IMG/VR virus record: IMGVR_UViG_3300025704_002294
Coordinates: 30,201-94,200 of that record
DNA: 64,000 nucleotides
Strand: one strand, 5' to 3'
From: a virus
The translations under genes were made by a program, and so were the position numbers. The notes under the pieces are model-generated. The model had not been told where the DNA came from. It ran no database searches and saw nothing but the letters and a program-made list of their open reading frames with translations. Of the stretch, positions 1-9,548 are shown piece by piece; the stretch's first letter is position 1, and each line of letters starts with the position of its first letter.

Positions 1-1
1 T

Positions 2-619
2 ATAACAGAAAATACACCAGACTCAGTAAAGTCTGACTCAAATAAAGTTGCAGACTTAGTTAGATCTGGGCAAGATATCAATTTGGCCGTAGATACATAT
101 AGAAATATTCATAGTGGACAATTAGATTATGACGCGGCTTTTTCTAAAGCATCTCAATCTAGATCAGGCTCTAACGAGCCTACTTCAGTAGGCAATACCG
201 CCGCTATGAATAAGAAAGAAATAGATGCCCTAGTTAGTAAGCAAGTTCAAGATAAATTAAATAAAAACGCCACTGCTAAAAAAGGATTAGGCGGTGAAAT
301 ACAAAAAGTAAAAGTTGAACCTTCGAGAAGTGAAGAGATGCCAGGTCAATATGTTACAGATCCAAAAACAGGTGCTTTAGTTCCTTCTAAACGTGCTTTT
401 AGAGGCAATCAATACACAGGAGGAATACCAGGTCCTACTAAAGCAATTCAGAAAGCAAAAGACATTATAGATGATCCTTTATCTTTTATTACTAATCCTT
501 TAGGTGCAACTGATACAGACGATGCTATAACTAAAGGCTCAGACCTTGGCAGAAGACTATTTACACCCAGAACGGGAATTAAGAAGAGCTCTAAATTATC
601 TATCCGGTCTCCGCAGTAA
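2..619 (+). CDS. hypothetical protein, 5'-truncated by the window edge
   Basis: Frame of ORF 83..619 is open back to position 2 (ITENTPDSVKSDSNK...); Lys/Gly-rich. Confidence 0.7.
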   Translation: MTENTPDSVKSDSNKVADLVRSGQDINLAVDTYRNIHSGQLDYDAAFSKASQSRSGSNEPTSVGNTAAMNKKEIDALVSKQVQDKLNKNATAKKGLGGEIQKVKVEPSRSEEMPGQYVTDPKTGALVPSKRAFRGNQYTGGIPGPTKAIQKAKDIIDDPLSFITNPLGATDTDDAITKGSDLGRRLFTPRTGIKKSSKLSIRSPQ

Positions 620-654
620 ACTCCAAAATTTAAGACTATTATTTTATTATTTTT

Positions 655-662
655 GATAAATA
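655..662 (+). promoter_or_regulatory. T4-type late promoter GATAAATA
   Basis: Intergenic box upstream of AGGAG SD and ATG 706; motif recurs before many genes. Confidence 0.75.
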
Positions 663-705
663 AATGTAATAGAGTGTTTTAACGAACACAAAAAAGGAGA
701 TTAAA

Positions 706-1050
706 ATGGCACAATCAAAAGGAAATGGAGCCGGTGTTGCCCAGTTTGTAACTGGAACATTAGTTTCAAATCATAATTTACAATCAGTCCTAATTGACAC
801 AGGTGCAAACCTGCAAACAGAAGATGATGCAACAAGAGAAGCAGTAGAAAGAGCATTAGGTTTTATACAACCACTTATGTATGTTATACCATCAGCAAGT
901 AATGGTGAAATACATGCTATAGTTGATGCAAGTCAATTTGACGCGGCGTCTTTACAGAAACAAATCAGAGCAATTGGCACTGACGATGTAAACAGTTATA
1001 ACTTTGCAACTGCAACTGTAACAGCAGGAACAGGAATGGTTATTAGTTAA
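706..1050 (+). CDS. small putative virion structural protein
   Basis: Own late promoter, strong SD, own terminator; Ala/Gly/Thr-rich. Confidence 0.6.
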   Translation: MAQSKGNGAGVAQFVTGTLVSNHNLQSVLIDTGANLQTEDDATREAVERALGFIQPLMYVIPSASNGEIHAIVDASQFDAASLQKQIRAIGTDDVNSYNFATATVTAGTGMVIS

Positions 1051-1067
1051 TTTTAAATTAATTTAAG

Positions 1068-1099
1068 AAAAAATGGCGGTTTTAACTGCCATTTTTTTT
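1068..1099 (+). terminator. intrinsic terminator
   Basis: AAAAAATGGCGGT-TTTA-ACTGCCATTTTTTTT. Confidence 0.85.
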
Positions 1100-1108
1100 G
1101 GGTTTTTT

Positions 1109-1116
1109 GATAAATA
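1109..1116 (+). promoter_or_regulatory. late promoter GATAAATA
   Basis: Directly after terminator, upstream of gene 1180. Confidence 0.75.
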
Positions 1117-1179
1117 TTATTAACAACGCATCATTAGACACTTCGGTGAAGAATTTAATGATCAAAAAGGAGATTAAAA

Positions 1180-1449
1180 ATGGCACAAACGGATAGAAGA
1201 GCGGCGGCAAGCGGCGAGTTTATTGGTAAGGACGTATTCCTTAAAAGTTTCCAACAACAATCAGGAAACATTTCAGCAACTCAACTTACTTCATTAGTAA
1301 GCACAGTTCAAAGTTTAAACCTTTCAATTTTAAAAATAGGTAGTTTTACAGCAGGAACTTCAGACACAGTTAAAATGATTGTTGAAGGTGCAGACAACTT
1401 AGCAAACGGTGACATAGCGGCACACGTTATTGCTGACGTATCGTTCTAA
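1180..1449 (+). CDS. small putative virion structural protein
   Basis: Near-identical AAAAAGGAGATTAAAA(A)TGGCACAA start context to gene 706; own promoter and terminator. Confidence 0.6.
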   Translation: MAQTDRRAAASGEFIGKDVFLKSFQQQSGNISATQLTSLVSTVQSLNLSILKIGSFTAGTSDTVKMIVEGADNLANGDIAAHVIADVSF

Positions 1450-1467
1450 GTTTTTATAACTTAATTT

Positions 1468-1495
1468 AAAAGCACTCTTCGGAGTGCTTTTTTTT
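1468..1495 (+). terminator. intrinsic terminator with UUCG tetraloop
   Basis: AAAAGCACTC-TTCG-GAGTGCTTTTTTTT. Confidence 0.9.
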
Positions 1496-1517
1496 GGCCC
1501 CATGGTCGACAACTTCT

Positions 1518-1525
1518 GATAAATA
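1518..1525 (+). promoter_or_regulatory. late promoter GATAAATA
   Basis: After terminator, upstream of AGGAG and ATG 1548. Confidence 0.75.
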
Positions 1526-1547
1526 GTGTAATATACAGGAGACACAC

Positions 1548-1952
1548 ATGAGTTTAACAAGAAGTGGCGCAATGGGTAGTTCTGAAGTTGTTTCAGGCAA
1601 CATAGAATTTTTTACATTGTTTACAATGTTAGACATTACACAAACAGGCGATTACAATGACAACAGCCAAAAAGATTTCGAAAGTGTTGTCCAAGTAATA
1701 GGATTAAGAGCAATGCCTGTAGTGATGAATGAACCCGTAGAACTTAGCGGTTCTGGGGCATTTGTTTTAGAAAATTATGGAGCACCAACATTAACAGGAG
1801 CAGGTTGGATATTTAAATTTGCTTTTGAAAGAGAAGGAGTGCATACTATAACTACTTTGACAGATGAATTAAACGGAATAGTATTGAATAGTGGAACAAT
1901 TGATACTAAAATTTCAGTAAATATGGAATTTACTAAACAAGATTTATTATAA
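1548..1952 (+). CDS. small putative virion structural protein
   Basis: Late promoter plus SD; third of three tandem small genes. Confidence 0.6.
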   Translation: MSLTRSGAMGSSEVVSGNIEFFTLFTMLDITQTGDYNDNSQKDFESVVQVIGLRAMPVVMNEPVELSGSGAFVLENYGAPTLTGAGWIFKFAFEREGVHTITTLTDELNGIVLNSGTIDTKISVNMEFTKQDLL

Positions 1953-1962
1953 GAGATAAACG

Positions 1963-2202
1963 ATGCCAAGAAAATCAGAACCAGATAAAAACATAAAACC
2001 TTATGTTGAGTCAGGTAATATAGAAGCACATATTATTGCTGACATGCTAAGAATAGAAAGCATTACAGCAGAGTTACGAGAGTTTAAAGAAACAACAAAA
2101 AGCAGATTAGACAAATTAGAAAGTTGGATAATTGCTATCGTTGGATTAACATTTACTTCGTTGGTTAGTATTATAATAGGAATAGTAATTAATTTAATAT
2201 GA
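1963..2202 (+). CDS. coiled-coil protein with C-terminal TM helix
   Basis: RLDKLE followed by hydrophobic WIIAIVGLTFTSLVSIIIGIV. Confidence 0.6.
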   Translation: MPRKSEPDKNIKPYVESGNIEAHIIADMLRIESITAELREFKETTKSRLDKLESWIIAIVGLTFTSLVSIIIGIVINLI

Positions 2203-2480
2203 TTTTAGAAGAAATAACAAAAGATATAATAGTCGAAAACAGAATGGTCTGGCGTAAGATGGGCAACAAAGTTGTCCGTGCTGTTCGATGCACATCTGGC
2301 AGACGTAAAGGTCGTGTTGTTTCTAAATCGCAACAATGTAGTGCGCCTATTAATATGAAAAAGCGAATGACTATTAAAAAGACAAGAGCAAAAATGGGCG
2401 GAAGAATTGCCAGAAAAGCACAAAGAACTAAACGTATGAATCCTGCTAGTCGAAGAGTAAGATCATTGAATAAGAGATGA
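2199..2480 (+). CDS. highly basic small protein, putative head-internal DNA-binding protein
   Basis: MILEEI leader, IVE junction, Arg/Lys-rich body; ATGA overlap. Confidence 0.6.
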   Translation: MILEEITKDIIVENRMVWRKMGNKVVRAVRCTSGRRKGRVVSKSQQCSAPINMKKRMTIKKTRAKMGGRIARKAQRTKRMNPASRRVRSLNKR

Positions 2481-2483
2481 TAA

Positions 2484-5400
2484 ATGAAGTTTACTGAAGT
2501 AAAAACATTAGAACATTTATTGAAAGAATACGGAATGTCTAGTTCTGGTTCGCCAACACCTTCCGGGCAACAGCAGTCTGGTAATTTTATAAAAAAAGTT
2601 GCAGGAGATATAGCCAAAAAAGTTGGAGCAAAAGCAAGTTCGGTTGGGCAATCAATGACACAGGCAATAAAAGGAACAGACAGCAAAACAACTCAAAGGA
2701 TAAAAAGTATAGTTCCTCAAAGAGGAGGCAAGATATCTGCAAGTCCTACAATAGGAGGTCAGAAAAACACTCCAGATTCTGTGATTAAAACAAAAGCAGG
2801 AGAAGTAGAAGCAGGTGCAGACATATATGATCAGTATGGTAATTATACAGGCAAAATTGATTCTCCATTAGGAGATAATAAAGCCGGTGGCCCTGAAAAA
2901 ATAGCAATATTAAACAAACAAAACGATTATGAAATCATAGATCCTAATGATGACTTATTTGTATCAAATCCACAAGCAAACGAAGGGAAACTATCTAAAT
3001 TAGCCAAACGCAAAAGCAAACATTCAAGAATAAAAACACTTAGAGGTAAAATTAAAAAATTATCTAAAAAAAGATTAAAAGAAGCAGATCCTAAGTTATT
3101 TGAAATAAATTTTAACAGACAAAATTTAGCAAGACAAAGTTTAGACGCACCTGTGAAATGCGGCTTTGAAGCAGAAACATTTTTCTATAATGTAGATAGT
3201 AGAGGTTCTTCTGACCATATAGACAACATGAGCATCAGTGAAATTGAATACCAATATGGTGATATGCCAGACCAAGTATGGGAAGACTTTGAAGATTGGT
3301 TGTATACTAAAGGACAAGACGAATACCTAGATGACATTATATCTGATAAAGTAGAAGAAGTCAGAGAAGATGAAGACTATCTAAATGACTTTATAGATAG
3401 TGGGGCAGGACCAAGTTCAGAAGCAATCGAAATATACAAAAAAGATTTTGAAGAAAACGATCCAAAAGAATACGAAAACCGTGAGGAAGATGGTTGGGAC
3501 TATATGAACTGGGTCAGAGAATATGTAGAAGAAGAATACGAAGATGAGTATTTGGCTTGGTTAAAAAAAGACGTTGCAGACGGTGATCTAGACGATGAGG
3601 CCAGAGAAGCCGCAAGAGATGATTATAGTGTAGAAGATTGGATATACGACAACTACAGTTACATGAGCAGTTTCCTTGATGATTATGGTTATGAGTATAA
3701 TAGTAGCAGTGAAGGCAATGTTGAAGGTGTTGCAGATGAGTTATACAACTGGATAAAAGATAATAGTAAATTTACAGACTATCCGGAAATAGGTGAGTAT
3801 GACTCCACTAATACCACAACTGCTTGGTCAGTAGAAACTGATAGCAGTATAGAAGCCGATGAAGGAGCAGGTGCAGAATTAATTTCGCCAGTATTTGATT
3901 CACCTAGAAAAATGCTTACAGAAATGAAAAGTTTATTTGACTGGAGTGAAAAAAACTTTGGCACAAACAACTCTACAGGACTACATGTTACTATGAGTTG
4001 GCAAGGTGAAAAAAGAGATTTAGTAAAAACAGACGATGATGAATTTTGGGGAGATGAGGCATCAGAACCAAACAAATTAAAGATGGCATTGCTATTAGGT
4101 GATGAATACTTACTTGCAGAGTTTGGTAGATTGCGTAACAGTTACACAAAAAGTCAATATCAAAATGTATTAAAATATGCAGAAGGCATGAAACGTGGTG
4201 ATGCAAAAAGTTTTGAAGCATTTGAGAAAGAACTTGCTAAAGGCATAGACCCTGGTAAGTTTAACAGTATAAATTTTAAAGGCGAGACTGATAAAGACTC
4301 AGGAAATAACCTTATAGAGTTTAGAATTGCCGGCGGTGTAGACTATAACACAATGTATGATAAAGTTGTTAAAGCATGTGTGAGATATGCTACTGTAATG
4401 AAAGCAGGATATAGTAAAGATGCTTTTAGACCAGAATATGTTAAAGCAGTATTTAGATTATTGCGTAAGTCACAGGAAATAGATCCTAAAAAATTAAAAA
4501 ATTTAGAAGTAGTTAATCACGAAGTAATAGATGCCGCCAAGAGCATTGTAGGCAAAAAAGATTACTTTGATGTAATTAAATTTCTAAGTGCCAGTGTTGA
4601 GTATTTACAAAACTATGAAAAATTAAGTAGTCCAGATGCAGATAAAATATGGAAGCAGGAAATAAAAGATTTCGAAAAAGGTACTGGTACTAAAGTAGAA
4701 ATAGAAGAAGAAACAATCAAAGGATATGTACAGCCTAACAGTATGTCACCAAGCAAGAGAGCGGCAGGCGAATTAGACAAAGCACAAGATAGATTTGGAT
4801 CAGCAGTAACATTATTAGCAAAAGACATAGCAGACGGTAATAACAGAGCACCTGTTACTGCTAAAAACATTGCGTCGTTTAGAAAGTTTGCCAAAGAATT
4901 ACAACTAAACAGTGATAGCATGGAAACACTGGTTTTTTCAAGTATGGAGAATCATAACATTGAAGGTTCTGACAAAGACAAAGTATTAATATTACAAAAA
5001 GGAATAAACACTTTATTCAAGCAAGACATAATTAAAAACCCAGAATATTTATCTCCGCAAGATGTAGACCGCATTGCCAGTAAAATGTGGCAGTTCTATC
5101 AATCAGACGATAGCAAAGATAATGTCAAATTAGATAAACTTGCAGACTTACTGGTTGTTTTAACCCCTGCAAACAAAAAAATAGATGTCGAAAACACATT
5201 AAGAGAATTATCTCATGAAAGACAAGAAAATAGTTTTGTTGCTAAACTGAAAGGCCGTGGATGGAATGTAAGAAACGAGTTATTAAAAAGCAATAGAATT
5301 ACCACAAAAGATTCAGCACAAGAATTATTAAAATTCTTAGAACCATATCAAGGTTACAAACATCCAACAAGCAGAGATCATCATGTTAATATTAAAAGTG

Positions 5401-8400
5401 ATGACAAATATTCAGACGTATTCCAGATGAGGCTCACACAGAGATTAAGAGACAGGTTAGATCATTTGAAAGATCTAGAAAGGGAAGACAAAGAAAAATT
5501 TGTAACTATTGCTAAACAAGTAAGCAAATTAGGATTAGAATTATTGGAAGGCTTAAAACCTAGACCAGATCTTTGGGCCGAAGATGAAAATGGATACACA
5601 CAAATCAACCGTGGCTCCGATGGAGAATCAAACTTGGCTTCGCATAGTAGTTTAGAACGTTGGAACGATGTAATGGACAGGCTTGTAAAAGCAGACAGTG
5701 AAATAGAGGCAGATGAACAAACATTTAATTTGCCTGCTCTTATAGATGATTATGTAGTAGGATCTATGCATATGGATAGATATTTTGCTTGGAAAGAAAA
5801 CAACGGGCCTGAGCAAGGTGCTGTTCTAAGACAATTACATAAAGAAAGATTTGCGGCAATAAAAAAATTCTTATCAGGATTTGATAAAATATTCCAGAAA
5901 GAAGGATTTGTAAATCTTAAACAAGAAATACAAGCAAAAAATACATTAGATAGAAGAAATAGAGACTTTGAAAAGAATGTCAGAGACAACGCAAAAGCAA
6001 AACTTAATATACCAAGTCACAGTTGGGTGTATATAGACCGAGACTTTTTTGATACTATCACAGATGAAGACTATGACGACAGAGAAGCATATTTAGATAG
6101 CAATTTAGATCATTTTAACGACAAAGTAAACCAGAGTAAAGTTTATGTTATACCTTCCAGTCACTGGAGTGATGCCGAAGATGCCACAAACGGTTTAGAA
6201 CTTATAGACACTTTTGAAAAAAATAAAAACTATTATCACACTTGGCGTAAAAAGGGTTATAAAAAAATAGTAAATAGATTCAACAACAAATATGGTTATA
6301 GTTGGAAGGACTTAAATGTCAAAGAAGCATTCATTCAAGGCGATGGTGATGTATACCACAAATTAAAAAATATCGGTATTGAAGTCACTCACAAAGGCGA
6401 CAGCAGAAAAGGTGCACCTGGACAAGACGATTTATTCCCAGATGAAGAAACACAAAATCCCAAAAGCGGTGAACCACTAAACAGAAGCAGTGGTATAAGT
6501 TGGGAAAATATGGATGATGAGGCAGAGCAAAAACGTTTTGATGCATTTGATTGGGAACAGTACCCAGCAAAAATGAAAGATGTAGTTGCTAAAGAAATGG
6601 CCAACAAACAAAGCAGTGGTGGTAGTTTTAAGGTAGCATTAGATAATATACTTAAAAAAGTACTTGACGGCGATGTAGGTATAGACAAAGACGATCTAGG
6701 CAAACCCTTAGACAAGATGGCTATAGCGGCTGGTATTGAACCCGACAATGGTGGTTCCTCAAATGGCATAGCAGGTGAAACAGATTGGGGCAATTTAGCA
6801 GACCATTTAGGAATAGAACGTGGCGTAAATGACCAGGGTGTAAACTTATTGAGAAAAGTATATCAACAGTTTGATGGCGACCACAACTGGAGACCTGCTG
6901 AAACCGACGAGAACGGCAAAAATGTAATTGGATTAGCAAGATGGGGTGCCGCAGTAAGAGATGCAGAAAAATATATCAGAGACAACTACAATGTGAGTGG
7001 TGGTAACTATTTTAGAAAAGATGCAGACGGTAATGATGACGATGATGTAAGCGGAGTATACGGAAGTTCAGATTGGACAAATACAGATTACGATAAAGCC
7101 AGGAAACACAGATTGTTTAATATTATGATGCAACAGGGAATGCAGAATTACTTACCAAAAGGCGAAGTAAATAAATTGGTAGCATTTTTAAACAATCCTC
7201 AGCAAGACACCAACTTTAAGAAAGAGGTTTTAGCAATACTTAGACTTAATGGACCTTTTGATACGTTTATGGGTGCCGTAAATGCGGCAAAAGAAATTTC
7301 ACAAGAAAGTATCTTTACCAAGTTTGATAAACTGCCTTTACAAGAACAGTTGCGTATATTACACGAATCAAATGTATTAGAAAAATTTACAAGAAATGAA
7401 AATACAATAAATACTAATATGAAAAAGTTTAACGAAGGCGAAGAAAGAAGTATTATTGCTAACAGTTGTGTTGAAAAATTAGTAGATGAGTTTAGTGGAA
7501 GAGAAAATCAATTTGCAAACAAAGATGATTTAGAATATGCAATATACCAAGCACTAGAAGACCTAGATGTAGAAGATTGTGTAGACCCAGAGATGGAAGT
7601 AGGCGGACAACCAATTGGGCACTTTGCTAGTGGCAGAGTAATTGATTGTTGCAGTAGCAGTGACATTATATATGATGTTATGGCTCATATGGACGAAACA
7701 CAAATAGGTGAAGCAAAAAAACCAAAAATGCCAAAGCAGAATAATCCAGTAGCAAAGAACAGCAAAAACATGCCAGGTGCTGGCGCACACAAATCACCAA
7801 AAGATTACGATAGAAAAAAAATTAAAGCAGATATCCGCAAAGAATTAGATGACAGTACCTATGTAAATAATATTATGCCTAGTGTTTTTGAAAGATTTGA
7901 AAAATTACCAATACAAAAACAATTAGAATTATTGAACACACCTATTGTTGAGGGTTATTTTAAAAATTTAGATACTATAGACAAAGAACAGAAAAGACTA
8001 GGAGTAGGAAAATATAATAAAGTAAGTAAAAGTGTTAAAAAGCCTGCCGGATCATATAATAAAGAACAGCATATAAAAAATACTTACAACAAGTTTAAAA
8101 CACAACATGGCGAAGTAAAGGCACAGGCTATGTTAAATAAAATGATCGACCGTGGATACTTTGACAAATCAAAAACAGAAAGTTTGTTAGGCATAGATGT
8201 ATTATTAAGAACTAAAAGACTAACAGAAAACATGCCTAACAATAACAAACTTGCTATACTAAAAAAATTATTATCAAAACATTTTCCAGTTGGTAATTTA
8301 GATATGCAATTCCAGGCATATTTAGCATTACCAATACCAAGGATGATGACAGCATTTAGCCAATTAAAAAGCATAGAAGGGCCAGAAGCATGTGGTAGAG

Positions 8401-9548
8401 ACATCCTAATGCATTTTGCAAAAAATAGATTACCAGATGCAGAAGTAAAACAACTTAATCTCAATGAAAGTTATATCAAAGAGGATGCAACAGAAGACAG
8501 ATTAAACAGCATAATGACTGCATTAGAAAAAAATCCAAATTTTGCTAGACGAGTTTACAAAATGTTAAAACTTGATAAAGAGTCTGCAGACCATTTGGAT
8601 ATTGAAGATAGACTTAAAAATAATGACACTGGTAAGGAAAACGATCATAGAATTAATAAGAATATTATGAGACAATTAGTTTTATCACTTGAACAACTAG
8701 ATCATGATTTTGACGAAATAGATGCATTTGTTGAAACTTACGGACATGCAGATTATGTAAACACAGAATTATTAAACAAGTCTGGTGTATTTAAAATTTC
8801 AGACATGTTTGTCGGAACTGATGCAGTATCTAAAGAATTTATAGATGATCTTTATGAAAAATTATTTGACTTTAGAATTAATATATCTGGATCAAACAGA
8901 GGGCCAGGTGAACTTGGATTGTGTTTACTGTCACCTAATGTAGAACTTGCTTCGGTAGGTGATATCAAAGTTAATGGCGAAGAAATAGAAGTTAAAGGTG
9001 AGGTATCGTCAGGTGGCGGTAGAATGGTTAACGGTATTGACGACTTTAAGTTTAGTGGATTAGCACAGGTCAAATCACAACTAGTACCATTTTATGAAAA
9101 GCATGATATTCCAGAAGAATTAAGAATTTACAATTTAAAAGGTGCAGTTGGCGGAGGCCGTAATCAGGGTCAGGCTCATATACTAGATCAAGCACAACAA
9201 TTAGAACAAGTAAAACAAGGTGTAGGTGCTGAATTTTTAAAATTAATTGTTAGCACATATCAATTTGTTATTGACTCAGAAGAAGAAGCAGAATTAACAA
9301 GTTCATTTATGAATATGGATAAGACAAGGTTCTTAACACTTGTAGGATTAATGTCATTTAAAAATTATGCATACATGTTAAACAAAAAAGGATTCAATAG
9401 ATTAATATTTTTAAATTGGAGATATGATAAAGTAGTAAATTGTACAACAGAAGAATTTCCAAAATACAGTGAGCATTTAGCATTTACAAGTTTAGATATG
9501 GCAGACAGTCAAAATGGTCCAGCAGTACAGGTATCAGTGTTAAAATGA
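2484..9548 (+). CDS. 2354-aa multidomain protein: COOH-NH2 ligase (amidoligase type 2) domain, acidic insert, C-terminal PD-(D/E)xK-like domain
   Basis: GFEAE, WSVETDSSI, ELISPV, TNNSTGLHVTMS, KFNSINF, IEFRIAGG (~3160-4340); GPGE...GDIKVNGEEIEVK near C-terminus; MKFTEV leader. Confidence 0.75.
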   Translation: MKFTEVKTLEHLLKEYGMSSSGSPTPSGQQQSGNFIKKVAGDIAKKVGAKASSVGQSMTQAIKGTDSKTTQRIKSIVPQRGGKISASPTIGGQKNTPDSVIKTKAGEVEAGADIYDQYGNYTGKIDSPLGDNKAGGPEKIAILNKQNDYEIIDPNDDLFVSNPQANEGKLSKLAKRKSKHSRIKTLRGKIKKLSKKRLKEADPKLFEINFNRQNLARQSLDAPVKCGFEAETFFYNVDSRGSSDHIDNMSISEIEYQYGDMPDQVWEDFEDWLYTKGQDEYLDDIISDKVEEVREDEDYLNDFIDSGAGPSSEAIEIYKKDFEENDPKEYENREEDGWDYMNWVREYVEEEYEDEYLAWLKKDVADGDLDDEAREAARDDYSVEDWIYDNYSYMSSFLDDYGYEYNSSSEGNVEGVADELYNWIKDNSKFTDYPEIGEYDSTNTTTAWSVETDSSIEADEGAGAELISPVFDSPRKMLTEMKSLFDWSEKNFGTNNSTGLHVTMSWQGEKRDLVKTDDDEFWGDEASEPNKLKMALLLGDEYLLAEFGRLRNSYTKSQYQNVLKYAEGMKRGDAKSFEAFEKELAKGIDPGKFNSINFKGETDKDSGNNLIEFRIAGGVDYNTMYDKVVKACVRYATVMKAGYSKDAFRPEYVKAVFRLLRKSQEIDPKKLKNLEVVNHEVIDAAKSIVGKKDYFDVIKFLSASVEYLQNYEKLSSPDADKIWKQEIKDFEKGTGTKVEIEEETIKGYVQPNSMSPSKRAAGELDKAQDRFGSAVTLLAKDIADGNNRAPVTAKNIASFRKFAKELQLNSDSMETLVFSSMENHNIEGSDKDKVLILQKGINTLFKQDIIKNPEYLSPQDVDRIASKMWQFYQSDDSKDNVKLDKLADLLVVLTPANKKIDVENTLRELSHERQENSFVAKLKGRGWNVRNELLKSNRITTKDSAQELLKFLEPYQGYKHPTSRDHHVNIKSDDKYSDVFQMRLTQRLRDRLDHLKDLEREDKEKFVTIAKQVSKLGLELLEGLKPRPDLWAEDENGYTQINRGSDGESNLASHSSLERWNDVMDRLVKADSEIEADEQTFNLPALIDDYVVGSMHMDRYFAWKENNGPEQGAVLRQLHKERFAAIKKFLSGFDKIFQKEGFVNLKQEIQAKNTLDRRNRDFEKNVRDNAKAKLNIPSHSWVYIDRDFFDTITDEDYDDREAYLDSNLDHFNDKVNQSKVYVIPSSHWSDAEDATNGLELIDTFEKNKNYYHTWRKKGYKKIVNRFNNKYGYSWKDLNVKEAFIQGDGDVYHKLKNIGIEVTHKGDSRKGAPGQDDLFPDEETQNPKSGEPLNRSSGISWENMDDEAEQKRFDAFDWEQYPAKMKDVVAKEMANKQSSGGSFKVALDNILKKVLDGDVGIDKDDLGKPLDKMAIAAGIEPDNGGSSNGIAGETDWGNLADHLGIERGVNDQGVNLLRKVYQQFDGDHNWRPAETDENGKNVIGLARWGAAVRDAEKYIRDNYNVSGGNYFRKDADGNDDDDVSGVYGSSDWTNTDYDKARKHRLFNIMMQQGMQNYLPKGEVNKLVAFLNNPQQDTNFKKEVLAILRLNGPFDTFMGAVNAAKEISQESIFTKFDKLPLQEQLRILHESNVLEKFTRNENTINTNMKKFNEGEERSIIANSCVEKLVDEFSGRENQFANKDDLEYAIYQALEDLDVEDCVDPEMEVGGQPIGHFASGRVIDCCSSSDIIYDVMAHMDETQIGEAKKPKMPKQNNPVAKNSKNMPGAGAHKSPKDYDRKKIKADIRKELDDSTYVNNIMPSVFERFEKLPIQKQLELLNTPIVEGYFKNLDTIDKEQKRLGVGKYNKVSKSVKKPAGSYNKEQHIKNTYNKFKTQHGEVKAQAMLNKMIDRGYFDKSKTESLLGIDVLLRTKRLTENMPNNNKLAILKKLLSKHFPVGNLDMQFQAYLALPIPRMMTAFSQLKSIEGPEACGRDILMHFAKNRLPDAEVKQLNLNESYIKEDATEDRLNSIMTALEKNPNFARRVYKMLKLDKESADHLDIEDRLKNNDTGKENDHRINKNIMRQLVLSLEQLDHDFDEIDAFVETYGHADYVNTELLNKSGVFKISDMFVGTDAVSKEFIDDLYEKLFDFRINISGSNRGPGELGLCLLSPNVELASVGDIKVNGEEIEVKGEVSSGGGRMVNGIDDFKFSGLAQVKSQLVPFYEKHDIPEELRIYNLKGAVGGGRNQGQAHILDQAQQLEQVKQGVGAEFLKLIVSTYQFVIDSEEEAELTSSFMNMDKTRFLTLVGLMSFKNYAYMLNKKGFNRLIFLNWRYDKVVNCTTEEFPKYSEHLAFTSLDMADSQNGPAVQVSVLK

